From NCBI GenBank assembly GCA_010909165.1, contig MU008181.1, positions 930,001 through 994,000 of the forward strand: a stretch of DNA of 64,000 nucleotides. Direction: 5' to 3'. A program made the translations under genes and the position numbers. This DNA is from Anthoceros angustus. Taxonomy: Eukaryota; Plantae; Anthocerotophyta. Below the pieces are notes generated by a model. That model saw nothing but the letters and a program-made list of their open reading frames with translations, made no database searches and was not told the DNA's origin. This document shows, in pieces, positions 34,589-45,592 of this stretch (its first letter is position 1; every line of letters starts with the position of its first letter).

Positions 34589-36790
34589 CCGGACACAGCT
34601 TCAGTGGGAAGCGAATCGGGAGGCTGGGACGTTCAAGTGGAGTTGTAACCACGCAGCAAGGATCATCCGCGGAAGAGGGAGCTGGAGGGGCCTACACTCC
34701 AGAGCATCTGGGGAGAGCTCCAGCACCCACACCCACAGTGCCAGTCCTTGGCGGCAGCATGGAGGCAGAGCTAAATCGGGACAGGGGGAGGCAATGCAGG
34801 CGGTCACGGAAGGCGGGGAAGGAGGCTGGGCGAGAGCAGAGCTCGCATGTAGAGTCGGTAGCTGCAGCCCCGATGGGGCCCAGCAGGAGGTGAAGACGGC
34901 CTGGGAGATGGAGCTGGCTGCGGGAGCTGGCCACATGGATAGTGAGGAGAGAGGGGCCCGGTGGCCGGGGCCGCGCGATCTGGAGGGAAAATGCTGCACT
35001 ACAAACGCAAACCTGCTTGCCGGTGCCGGAAGGCGGGAAGGAGGGAAGACGGTACACCGGGAGCCGTGGCGCCGACACACAGCACCAGATCTGGCTCTCG
35101 ATCCTCGAACTGGCAGGCACCTGCAGACATGCCAGCGCCACTGCCGCGCGCTGAACCAGGGACACCATTTTAATTTGGTAACGGACAAACCAGCCGGGCC
35201 TGGCCGGGTCGGCTCGGCTCGGGCCGGGCCGGGGCCCCGGCGGGAGCGAGCGCCAACTGGGACACCGCGCTTGAATTGAATTTTGAACCATTGCCCTTGC
35301 CCTTGCATTCAACCAACAACCATAAATACCACGTACATAGATTACTTTCTCTATATAGTTATATAGATCTAAAATATGAATACTTTTAGTTACTATATTA
35401 TTATACTTTTCAAATCTCTTTCAATTTGACTTCTTCATAGCAGATGATACTTTTCATCATAAGATAATATATATAGTTTCTATCTCTCTTATAAATATAT
35501 ATTTTATAATATAATATATTTAATATGATTGAAATAAATACAGAAATCTGAAAGGTAGTCTTGAATGACTTTAGAAAATGGTACATTGAAACCCATCAAA
35601 TACGTTTGTATCAATTGGTTGTGTGGTCTGATAATATATGAATTGGTTGGGTGAGCTAATGAGTTGGAGTCCAATGGTGATCCTTCATGATAAGGATTTC
35701 TCTGACAAGAAATATATACATGCCCATTTTAATCAATTAGATTGTCTTAAGAAATTTTGTAAAAATGTTCACCTCATCAATTGAGGCCATCTTGTCATTT
35801 GTATACTTCATGGTGCCACTTGTTGATTATATGTTTTATCTTAAAAAGGCAAGATTGTCTTAGGACTCTTGTATTTTATCTCTAATATTCTCTATATGTA
35901 TTCTAAATATGTTCATATATGAAATCTAAGTTATATTGATATATGGGTACGTACTTGAAAAAAGAGTAGTGTTTTATCGAGGGAAAAAAAAGATGGGAAA
36001 AACCCATCCAACACGGGACAATGAAGATGGACCTCGGGGGTCAAGGTGAAAAAGAGCGACTAAACCATAACCTAAAGTTATGAGTATGTGCTTGAAATAG
36101 GTAGAGTCTATCCATTAATAATAAATATGGAGACTTTATAAATATGCAGAGATGGAAAATTCCATCTACTTACTAACTAAAAATAATTATATTTAAAAAA
36201 GTTAATAACTTATTTTTATGAGTTACGTACATGACAGAAAAGTAGGTATTTTACATGTGCCCTCCCTTGGCAAGCTTCCCGTCGCTCCACTTGGCGGTCA
36301 CAGGAGCGGAGGATCAGACTGCATTATCCCGTGACTGTACATCAACAGGGCACCATAATCTCTGGAGTCCCGCCAGTGAGGCGGAAAGGTCATGCGGATT
36401 TTGCCTTTTGTACACCGGCATACACCAGGTGCATGAGGGAAGGTCGTGGAGGCCACGCGCAGGCGACGGTTGCTCGTTTTCCTAGGACTACGTTGCCGAC
36501 TGTATCCTACTGGGCGGGTTAACCAGGACGACTGCCAACTGTCTCCAACATCCTCCTGGGCGGCTGTGTTTTTGAGACATCAGGACGGTGACCGCTTCGA
36601 GACAGAAGAGAGGCGGCGAATGCCTTTGCTAAGGAATCTCGAAATACAGGAGGATGATTTGGCGCTAGGTACTATGGATATGTGCGCTCCTTGCACACGA
36701 ATTAAGAGAACAGGACGTAGATAATATTCGAAAACAGACCTGTCTAGGAGCAGAGGCACGGGAGAGGAGGGCGCGTGTACATTTCTTGGT

Positions 36791-38787
36791 TCATCCAGGA
36801 GGGAGTCGTGGTCCGATGATTCCATGCTTGCCACTCCGCTGGCCCACTTTGGCCATGTATGAAGGTGACACATCTTTCCCCAAGACCTCCATCTGGTTGA
36901 GAGCCCGAGTAGCTTCTGCTCTCCACTCTGCCTGCCTTTGTGCTTCTGCTGTCGGCAATCCCAGCTGTCACCAAGGAGACACTCATGCAAAACACACTCC
37001 GAGTGCACCTCTGATTAGAAGAAGAAAATATTGTTGTTCCGCTTCGAAAGACTTGAGCCCAAATCACTCGGTCTTTACACACGGGGTTACTCAACACATC
37101 AAAAGAGCACAGACAGGCCCCGAAGAGAGCACTCACCGCAACACGGAAGGCATCCATCCTCGCACTTTCCCTCTCTTCCATCTTCGCAAGCTTATTCCCT
37201 GCAGCCACTGTTCGCTCCAACTTCTGCTACAGACAAAAACGGAAATTCAACGAGCTGAAATATCTTGCTAGTTATGCGAGAAGAGTGAACAGTGACACCA
37301 TGTAGGAAGGACATCAGCAAAGGAATCAACACAAGTACCTTCTTTTCAGATTGGAGTTTCTTCTTGGCTCTGCATCCAGAAACGGGTCTCGATTAAAACG
37401 AATTAACCACCTTGCAGCAGGGTCATCTCACTACACCGATGCAATGTTCTAGTTCACGATCCTACCGCCAGTCAACTGCACCATATAGTCGCTGCATTTC
37501 CATCTGCTCGCTGCGTGCTCTCTGCAACTCTCCACTTGCAAGCCTAGCCTGAAAGTATGGCCAACACAAACTCAGCACGATCTGCAGAAGGGAAGAAATT
37601 GGGAACCAGCTGGTGATTCAACCTGCAAGGCGAGACCACCTTGGCAAGTTCGGCATTACGGCGGATCAGAGCCTTTTGCTGGTCATATTCCTCCATTGTA
37701 ACCTGCCCAACAGTCGGCACCCACCAAGCACAGTGAGGCCACAATCGCCACTGAGAGGAATGCGAGGGAAGAGCAACACCACCAGAAGATCCACTTGTTC
37801 TAAAAAACACCCAAAACGATGCCATAAAAGACCCGGAGCACCACCTGAAGTTTAGATGAGACAGGTTTCAATGCCTCCTCCTTGTCACTCTTCGCTTTGG
37901 GCAGATCCGACCTCCTTTTCTTGTGCCTTGGGTTACTGGAGACATGCCTGTCATGGCTGTCCCTTCGTCTGGACTTTCCTCGCTCTCTACTTCTTGACGT
38001 ATCTTCACTATCAGAGCTCACGTCCCTTTTTTTCTTCTTATCCCGTCTCTTTTTCTCCACTTTGTCTTCCTTACGTCTATGCATATCCTTGCGCTGCTTC
38101 TGTTTTGATTTCCTAGGACAAAACAAAACAAACCTAATGAGCGCTGATAACAGTGCATGTACATACATACATTTACTGCAAGGCCGCATCATTCCCCTTC
38201 TCAGAGGACGCTGCCAGTCACCAGTCCCACATCCACCATTCAGCATGACTTCTCTCCACAGAAACATCTCAAATAGACATGACTTGCGACACATCAGGCC
38301 TTGCCCAATACACCATTCACATGCCTGCTACCTCAGAGCCATGCAAACAAAGTCATTACCTGCTCCTCTTCTCAGGCTCCGAATCCGAAGGAGACTCGTG
38401 ACTTGCGTTCACAGCTCGTGACACCCTCCGAGCACTAGGCTTCTTTCTCCGCTTCACCGTCTCCGAATCCGAGGACGTATACGACGACGTGCCAGACGCA
38501 GACGAGCTGGTTTCAGGCCCAGAGCTGGAATCACTGTCACTGCCAGACTCCATCGCCTCCGCTACTTTCTCTCTTTTCCTCTTGATCAACGCCTCCCCTG
38601 ATTTTCCATTCTGCTCTAACCTAGGCTTTCGGGCCACTAATTCCGACCCTTGCCTCACGGGCAATTCGCTCGCCTTCTTGGGAGCAGCAAGCATGCTAGG
38701 AGGCAGCCGAGGGCCATACTTTCCACCCACATCATCCATCAACGAAGCTGTGTCAGTCTGAACCGCCTCCCTCCCCGTTTCCGCCAT
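36791..38787 (-). CDS. Uncharacterised Ser/Lys/Arg-rich, probably nuclear protein with a coiled-coil C-terminus (~340 aa, 5 exons)
   Basis: Exons 38787-38360, 38112-37845, 37702-37640, 37226-37137, 36964-36791 join in phase (1,023 nt) with GT-AG introns. Basic NLS-like runs (KRRKK, KKRRDKKKKR); helical VTMEEYDQQKALIRRNAELAKQKLERTVAAGNKLAKMEERESARMDAFRVALGLP. Start codon uncertain. Confidence 0.75.
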
Positions 38788-39472
38788 TCCGATTTCCAGC
38801 ACCACCACGACTCACTCCACCATCCCTCTCTCCTTCCTTCTGGTAACAATTTCTCTGAAAAATGAAATCTCTGCTCAGTAGGGCATATACATAAAGGAAT
38901 GTACCGACCTTCAACACACCGGAACTGGCAGTTTCCCGACCAGAAACAAACCACCGCCGCTACAATCGCTCTGCCCACCACACAATTCTCGTCTTCCTCC
39001 ATCGATAACAGCGCCAGGTTAGGTTGCTCTTCAGAACCCCAGGCCATGAGATCGGTTATCCGTAACTGTAACGAGTGACCCTCGCTGTTCCGTTAGTAGT
39101 CTCTGATTTGCAAGAAAACCTGAATCCCCACAATCATGCAGCGCTGTCTGCAAAACTCCTCTAAACTGTCCCCTCAAGGAGTGACACTCAGACATGTGTT
39201 CATAGCAACTCCACAGTCAAGCGTCCTTGGGACGGATCAGTACTGAAATATTTATATTAAAACAGAAACTCCTCCAAACGGGACGATAGGTACGGTTATG
39301 ATGTGTGGCCTTTAGGGTTTCTGTTCTGTCGATACTTCATTCAGCATGGACGGCGACCTCCACTGAATTTGTTTCTGCTGCCGCTCGCTCTCTCTGCTTC
39401 CTGCTGAAGGCGTCCTCTGCGGGCGGGACGGGACGGGAGGCCGATGCTGAGAGTGAGAGGCGTTCTGTGGAA

Positions 39473-39900
39473 CGCAGGAGTTTTGAACAATATGGGATCA
39501 GACTGCGTCGGTGTGCTCTTGTGGTAGCTGTGAGGGGGGAGTGGTGTTGTAGTTGTGGTGATCCTACTGTTTTGTTTCTGAAAATTGGGTCTATGTTTCC
39601 TGTTTAAGGACGGTGACTCATAACTTTCTGTGTCGGTGTTTTTTTGCTGATTAATTTTGTGAGTTGGTGGTGTCCCTTGGTCTTGCGGAGCGCAGGAGTT
39701 GTGAACAGTATGGAACGGGACTGCGTTGGTGTGCTCTTGTGGTAGATGTTAGGGGCGAGTGGTCATGCGGTGGTGGTGATCCTACTGGTCTGTCGATGGT
39801 GATTTTGTCCATGTTTCTTATTTAGCCACGGAGACTGATAACTTTCGGTGTCTATGATTTTTCGGATGATTTGTGTGAGTTGGTGCTGTCCTTCGTGCTC
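39473..39900. repeat. 2 x ~218-bp diverged tandem repeat, with a partial third copy at ~40205-40310
   Basis: cgcaggagtt.tgaaca.tatgg..gactgcgt.ggtgtgctcttgtggtag..ggtgatcctactg..ataactttc..gtgagttggtg at 39473 and 39691. Confidence 0.8.
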
Positions 39901-40314
39901 CGTTGGCGCACACAGGGCTCCGCTGGGCTCCGTTGGCGCAAGCGATGTAGCTACAGGGTGTAGCGACGTAGGTCAGCAGACCCAATCATGTATCGTGAAC
40001 AAGGACGGCCTATGAGGATTTAGCTGTAATGGTGGAGAAGCACTCCTTAGCGCACAAGAAACAGCTTGGAGTGGACGTAGAAGTGGTTGTAAGCATTGGG
40101 AAGCGCTGCTCCACCGTTCCAGCTTTTAGCTTATTCCTCTGGGCTGGTCTTTGTGCACAGTTGGTCCTCCACTAGTAATGGTGCTGTAGGTAGTGTTAAT
40201 GTAGTAGCAGTCGTGTGGTAGCTGTAGTGATCCTGTTTGTTCTGTCGATAGTGTTTGTTCTGTTGATAGTGGTCGTGTCCATGTTTCTCTGTCTACCGCT
40301 GGCAAGTGATAGTT

Positions 40315-41220
40315 CCCAGTGGTGACCTGAACTTACAAGACTTTCATGAGGAGCCCGATGGGCTGCCTATTGCCGAGAGTCAGGAAGATCCACGTACCTA
40401 GTTCGAAGGCTCCGCTAGTGGCACACGTGTCCGTAGGGCTTGTCCCAGAACTCTCATTTACACTGTGACCCCCGTCTTCCATCACGAAGCTGTCCCATGA
40501 ATTGAGAGCAACATCTACATCGTAAGTCGTCAGGTAGGAAAACGCGGGCATAGAGACCTTGAACAAACCGAAGCCCACCTGGTGCTGGGTGCAAGGCCCT
40601 TTTGTCTCCTTCCTCAGTCGTCTTACAGGTGCTACGACATCACCTCAGTCCTGGATGACCAAGCAGCTGCTGGTGATTGGCTTCACAGACGTCTACCAGG
40701 CTAAACGGCCCAACCAAGTCCACCACCTCTGAAGACCTGCTATCGACAAGTTCTTGACGACATTGGAAACGCTCGTTCAAGAGCAGCCCAGTGCACTCTT
40801 TGGAAAAAAAAAATTGTCCTTTCCATCGCAAAACTGGAAAGGACATGCTTGTGTGTGCGTACCTCAGTCACTATAGCTGAGAGTTTGCGGACACCAAGTT
40901 GCACACAGAGCCCTTCTCTTACATTTGGATGGACAAACCGAACCCTTGACGAATCATGTCACCAAAGCATCCACATATGTACATAGACGCAAGCCTTGGC
41001 ACGCAGAGTCTGGCACCATCATTAAGAGCTACAGCATCGTGGCCGGGTCATTTATGTAGCCTGCAGTTAGCCTGCGTGCGATCCTGCAAAATGCGCAGGA
41101 TCGCCCGCCGCTCATTTGGATGTAGTCGCCGATATCCACATGATCGTTCAAGCTGCAACACTTACAAACGTAGACAAGCTCAGAACTTTACTGGGAGCTT
41201 TCCAGACATGGTCAAGGCTC
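40315..41220 (-). pseudogene. Second decayed genomic copy of the sacsin 3' region (exon 10 - intron - exon 11)
   Basis: Colinear with ~7085-8110: ggtgacctgaac, caggaagatccacgta, ttgtcccagaactc, acatttggat.gacaaaccgaacccttg.cgaatca, cgcaagccttggcacgca.gagtctggcaccatcat. The 40760-40860 segment resembles sacsin intron 7548-7688. Confidence 0.85.
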
Positions 41221-41301
41221 CAAAATCTGCTTGTCACACTCTCTCTTCAAGTAAAAAATCAAAATCTATACGGCGTCTAATACTTGCATCTGCAGAAAGC
41301 T

Positions 41302-43196
41302 TCATGTTGCTTTATGCATGAAGTGGGAGGACTGAAGTGCAGCTTGGACGGAGATGAGCATCCTCCCAGGTCAAAATTGTGATATGGTCGCGCTGAAATG
41401 GGCGCCGCGCCGGACTCTCTCCCATGTGAGAGTTCCACCACCCTGGATGATCAAGAGCATGAATTGCAGTCTGCCCTCATAGAGGAAATGGACAAAACAG
41501 GGGTGGACCAGGTGCACTTTCACATTATGGCGTCACGGGTCGAGGAAGTATCACTGCGGACCCCCTTCTCCTTCTCCCCTGCAGATTAGCTTTATCCTTG
41601 TGCTCCGCGACGTTCCTGCCGTTTGTTTTTGCGTTTTCCTGCCGTGTCTTCTCCGTCAGATTCGCCGTTCCTAGATACCTTGCCCAGCTCCATCCCTAGC
41701 ATAACTGCACCTCGGCAGACGGCGCTGCCAGGGTCCGGAGGGCACACGATTTCCTTCACCTGCTTAGAGAAGGCCTGGCGCACGCGCTTCATCAAGTATG
41801 GCGATGCCGAAAATCCTCCCACCATCACAAGCATCTGAATGCCGGAAGACATTTGTTCCTTGATCAGTCTCAGGATTTGTTCCACCAAAGGATCGAATAT
41901 ACCGAGAATGTCCTGCTTCGTGATCTTGACCTCGTTGTAGCTCTCCCTGGCCGTCTGTCCCGTCCCAGCCTGCATCGTTTCGTGTCTCTGCCAGTCCCTG
42001 GCCAGCTTGTGAGGCAGCCCCAAGTCCACCCCGGACTTGAGGCTCCCGTCGAAGCTCCACTTCAAATCCTCCCACTGCTTCAGCAACGATGCCAGGGCCA
42101 CCGGATTCTCCCTCAGAAACTCCGGAAGGCAGCCTACCTTGCTGGATAAGAAATTCATGAAATTCTTATCCACCAACGTCCCTCCACACAGGTCCTGCGT
42201 GTTGTGCTCCTCAGCGGGGTCACTCTTATTCGCATGCACCCGCGCGATGTCCACCGTTGCTCCTCCGACATCGGCCACCAGAAACTCCGCTCCTGCCTTC
42301 AAATTCCTGATCAGCCGATCCGAGTTCTTGATGGCTGCATCTTACTCCAGGACAATGAGCAAAGGGAAGGGGCTGGCATCATCTGCCATCTCCTGCGGAC
42401 AATAGGGCCCCGTCACCAGCTGTGCGCTCTGCGCACACTGCCGCATGCGCTGCTTGTCGTTGTCGTCCCAGATGGCAGGCACTGTGAGACACCATTGCAC
42501 CTCCCTCTGTGACATGTGCTTGCCGTACCTTCTCTGCAGGTGACGAACGATCAAGTCGGCCATCCTTCCAAGCTAATCAATCATGGCTCTTTCCACCGTC
42601 ACACCAGGTGGAAGCTCGCTCAGCTCGCGGAAGACGTTCCCGGTCTGCACCTGGAGCCATGGCTCGCTCGGACGATCTTGCGGTATGTCAGACGAACTAT
42701 CCTGCACGCAGTACAAGGCCTTCGAGAGTCGATCTCGAATCTTGTCCTTCAGCCCTTTCCCGCTCCCGCTGCCGTACTCCTTCTCCTGAAACTCGCCCTT
42801 GCACTTGTCCTTGCCCTTTCTCTCCTTCAAGTCCCCCAAGCCCGACCTGAACGTTCTCACAAAATAGCCTACTTCTTCCTGCGATTCCCGCACACTGGCT
42901 GAACGTTGGCTGGGAATTTGGGACACGGCCTGCAGAGCTCGGAAATAGTGCACCTGCGCAGCCCAGCCCCAATCCTTGAGCGAAAACTCGGAACCTGATG
43001 ATCCGCTGCTCTTTCCGGGATTGCGAACGTAGTACAAACTAGTCTGCGTCTTGCAATAGGGCCTTCCCCCTCCTTCATTCTGCATCGACCATTCATCAAA
43101 AGTATGAATATCCTGCGGATCCGCCGTCTCAGCGAAGGCAAATCCTGAGAACGTCACCCCCAAATCCAAACCAACCAACACCCTCGGCAGCGCCAT
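41302..43196 (-). pseudogene. Atypical Hsp70 copy 2 (pseudogene)
   Basis: MALPRVLVGLDLGVTFSGFAFA..YCKTQTSLYYVRN..ELPPGVTVERA..WCLTVPAIWDD..VADVGGATVD..MVGGFSASPYL..PDPGSAVCRGAV. In-frame stops at 42573-42575 (Tyr in copy 1) and 42342-42344 (Ser in copy 1). Remodelled C-terminus with a degenerate GRMLISVQA..FMHKAT* remnant ending ~41302. Confidence 0.88.
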
Positions 43197-43615
43197 GGAA
43201 TCCAGCACAATCGCGATGAATACCAGTTTATTGAAAGGAGCGAGGCCGCAAGGAACGGCAGCTCCTTCCGACAGCCAGATCGGTTGTAGGTGTGAGGCTA
43301 GCTTCGAATGAATAGGTACTCTCTATTTTGATTAATTACTTAAGACGCTCATAGCGATGGATGGTTTGTGGTTTGTAGAAACGGAAGTATGAAACGCACT
43401 TTCCCCACCGGGATGTAGGTAATTCTTTATGACGTTGTGCGGTCTCCCACACATGTTTCCATCTTTACTGTTGTATCCAACATTTGTATCCATACCTATT
43501 ATTCGATTAAAATATGATTAGTTATATTTTTAATTATAATTATTCATATTTTTGTTCATTATTTTACTAGTTATTTATATTGAAAACATATACGAACAAA
43601 TTAGAGAATATATCC

Positions 43616-43873
43616 ACGAACATAGAACTCATCACAAATCAAGACATGAAGAAGGCTTATGTGAACAAAACTTGAAGAAGCAAACAACTAAATGGCAACA
43701 ACGTTTTTTACATTGATAGCACTCACAGAATCAGGGAAATTCACATGATTCAACACTACCCAACCGTCACAATACGAATATAGACCTCGTCACAAATCAA
43801 GATATTAGAAAGGCCTTTATGAACAAACCTTGGAGAAGCAAACCACTAAATGGAAAGAACACTTCTTACATTA
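43616..43873. repeat. Direct repeat of ~100 bp with 158-bp period in AT-rich intergenic DNA
   Basis: acgaa.atag.a.ctc.tcacaaatcaaga.at..aaggc.t..tgaacaaa.cttg.agaagcaaac.actaaatgg at 43616 and 43774. Confidence 0.75.
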
Positions 43874-45162
43874 ACTCCAGAATGCCCAACCCACTCATTT
43901 TGAGCCTTTTGAATCTTAAAAAAAACTCATAAATCGCTCATGCAACAAGAGCCATTCCTACCTTGTTACGTATCCGATGGTCCAGGTTTTCGATTTGTTG
44001 GAAGGCTGGTTTTTGGACTATGTAACGTATTTTTTAAAAAACCAATAGGCTTTTTTTGGACTATGCGTCCTATTTTGTTTTAAACCAATTGTCCTACTGG
44101 CATCCGTTTCTTGAGGGGTTGATGAGTTTTTTAAAAGATTCTTTTGCATTTGGACAGGATATTATGGCTAAATTTTTTATTATTTTTTTCTAATGTAGAG
44201 CGTGGAACCCTGCACAAAAGACAATCTTTCCATGATTTCTTGTCATTCATTTTTTGTCAAAGAAGCGGCATAGAGAGGGGCCAAGTCTCGAATCGAGATC
44301 CCTGGTCATTCTGGCGATTAGGGAATACATGATTCAATACCATCTAACCAAAAATCTTTTAGACACAGCATCAGCACTTGATAGCTTCCAATGCAAGGAC
44401 TACAAGCTATAGATAAACACACTACTATAAAAATGTGTGTTTTATCACTCTCCATATCACAATTTTTTTGTCACACACCTGTTGAGTGTAGCATGCGGAG
44501 GTTGAGGTTTCGCCCTCGTTGATGCACTGTGACACAATGTTATACTTCCCATAGCTTCACTGGAGGTGAGGCATAATTCAGCCACAAGCTAGAAGATATT
44601 GATGCAAAAAGACCTGGGAGCTTCACACTCTTTTTAAGGGCCGCAAATACAATTAGACACAGAAAGCAACATTTAGAAAAAAGCAGAAAAATAAAATTAA
44701 AAGATACACTGAAGATGACAACAACTATTCTGAAGATCACAACAGTATTTTTTACTTGACATACACAAAATATGAGTCGGATTCTCGGCATCATGGGCCT
44801 GTCAGTTCCCTCATGCAAACATCTAGTATACGTAAATTTAATAATAAATTAATTAATTACCGACAAAGACAAAACCGTCACCTATAGAGAGTATCCATTA
44901 AATGTTTTTTTTTAATTTCGTCCCCGCCTTGTGGAGCATTGGACTTTTACGTGAGAGTTTTTCTGTACAAGACTATGTTTTTATAAAGTAAAAGTGAAAA
45001 TATTTGCAATCTATGTATGAAACTTCTAAAGCACAAGCTGGATTGTCCGATGCTGGATTTGGGGTCTTCAGAATCATCTTTTCCCCTCAATAAAAACGTT
45101 ACCCTACTTGTTTCATGTCGAATAGACATGTTTCATGTATCCTATTTTGTGTTTAGTATAGA

Positions 45163-45592
45163 TGTTACATGAGGCGGAAGCAGCGTGCCTGTCGAGCAGG
45201 GCTGAAGCATGCTATCGGTCAGGGAGCCCGGCGCGACGCGCAGCCCGGCAGACTTAGGGCGGGCAGCGAATGCAGGCCGAGTCGCGTTGCCAGAAACTGA
45301 TTAAGCGATAGAAACTTAGGCGATAAAGCGTCGGAATACTAACACGAGGTTAGAACTTAACGAACCGGTGACCTTAGTTAGTGATAAACCGTAGTTAACC
45401 GAAACCCAAGTTGGTACTAACCGTAGGTTAAGAACAAGAAAGCATTGACTATCAGTTGCAGCGGGCTTGGATTCGGGGCGGCGGCTATGTAAACAAGACC
45501 AAGCGAAAGAATGAAGCATACGTGCATGAGCTCACCTAGCGAGTGCATCGCCCTAGAATTCCCGGACGAGAATTCGAGGCCGACTCGTTACA
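45163..45592 (+). repeat. 5' LTR (430 bp)
   Basis: TG..CA termini; shares a ~90-bp identical core (gttagaacttaacgaaccggtgacc...gttaagaacaagaaa) with 57603-58056. Confidence 0.92.

Noticed and set aside
34601-35312. 235-aa and 206-aa minus-strand ORFs and a GGGCC/CCGG-rich patch
   Set aside because: Low-complexity Pro/Arg/Ala ORFs typical of GC-rich non-coding DNA; no domain or splice support.
42342-42575. Rescue of the two stops in Hsp70-like copy 2 by U-to-C RNA editing
   Set aside because: Reverse editing is organellar, and it would give Gln, not the Tyr or Ser seen in copy 1.
44275-44352. Possible minus-strand tRNA/SINE relic (gattcgagac B-box-like)
   Set aside because: A box unconvincing, no cloverleaf, no poly-A tail or TSD.
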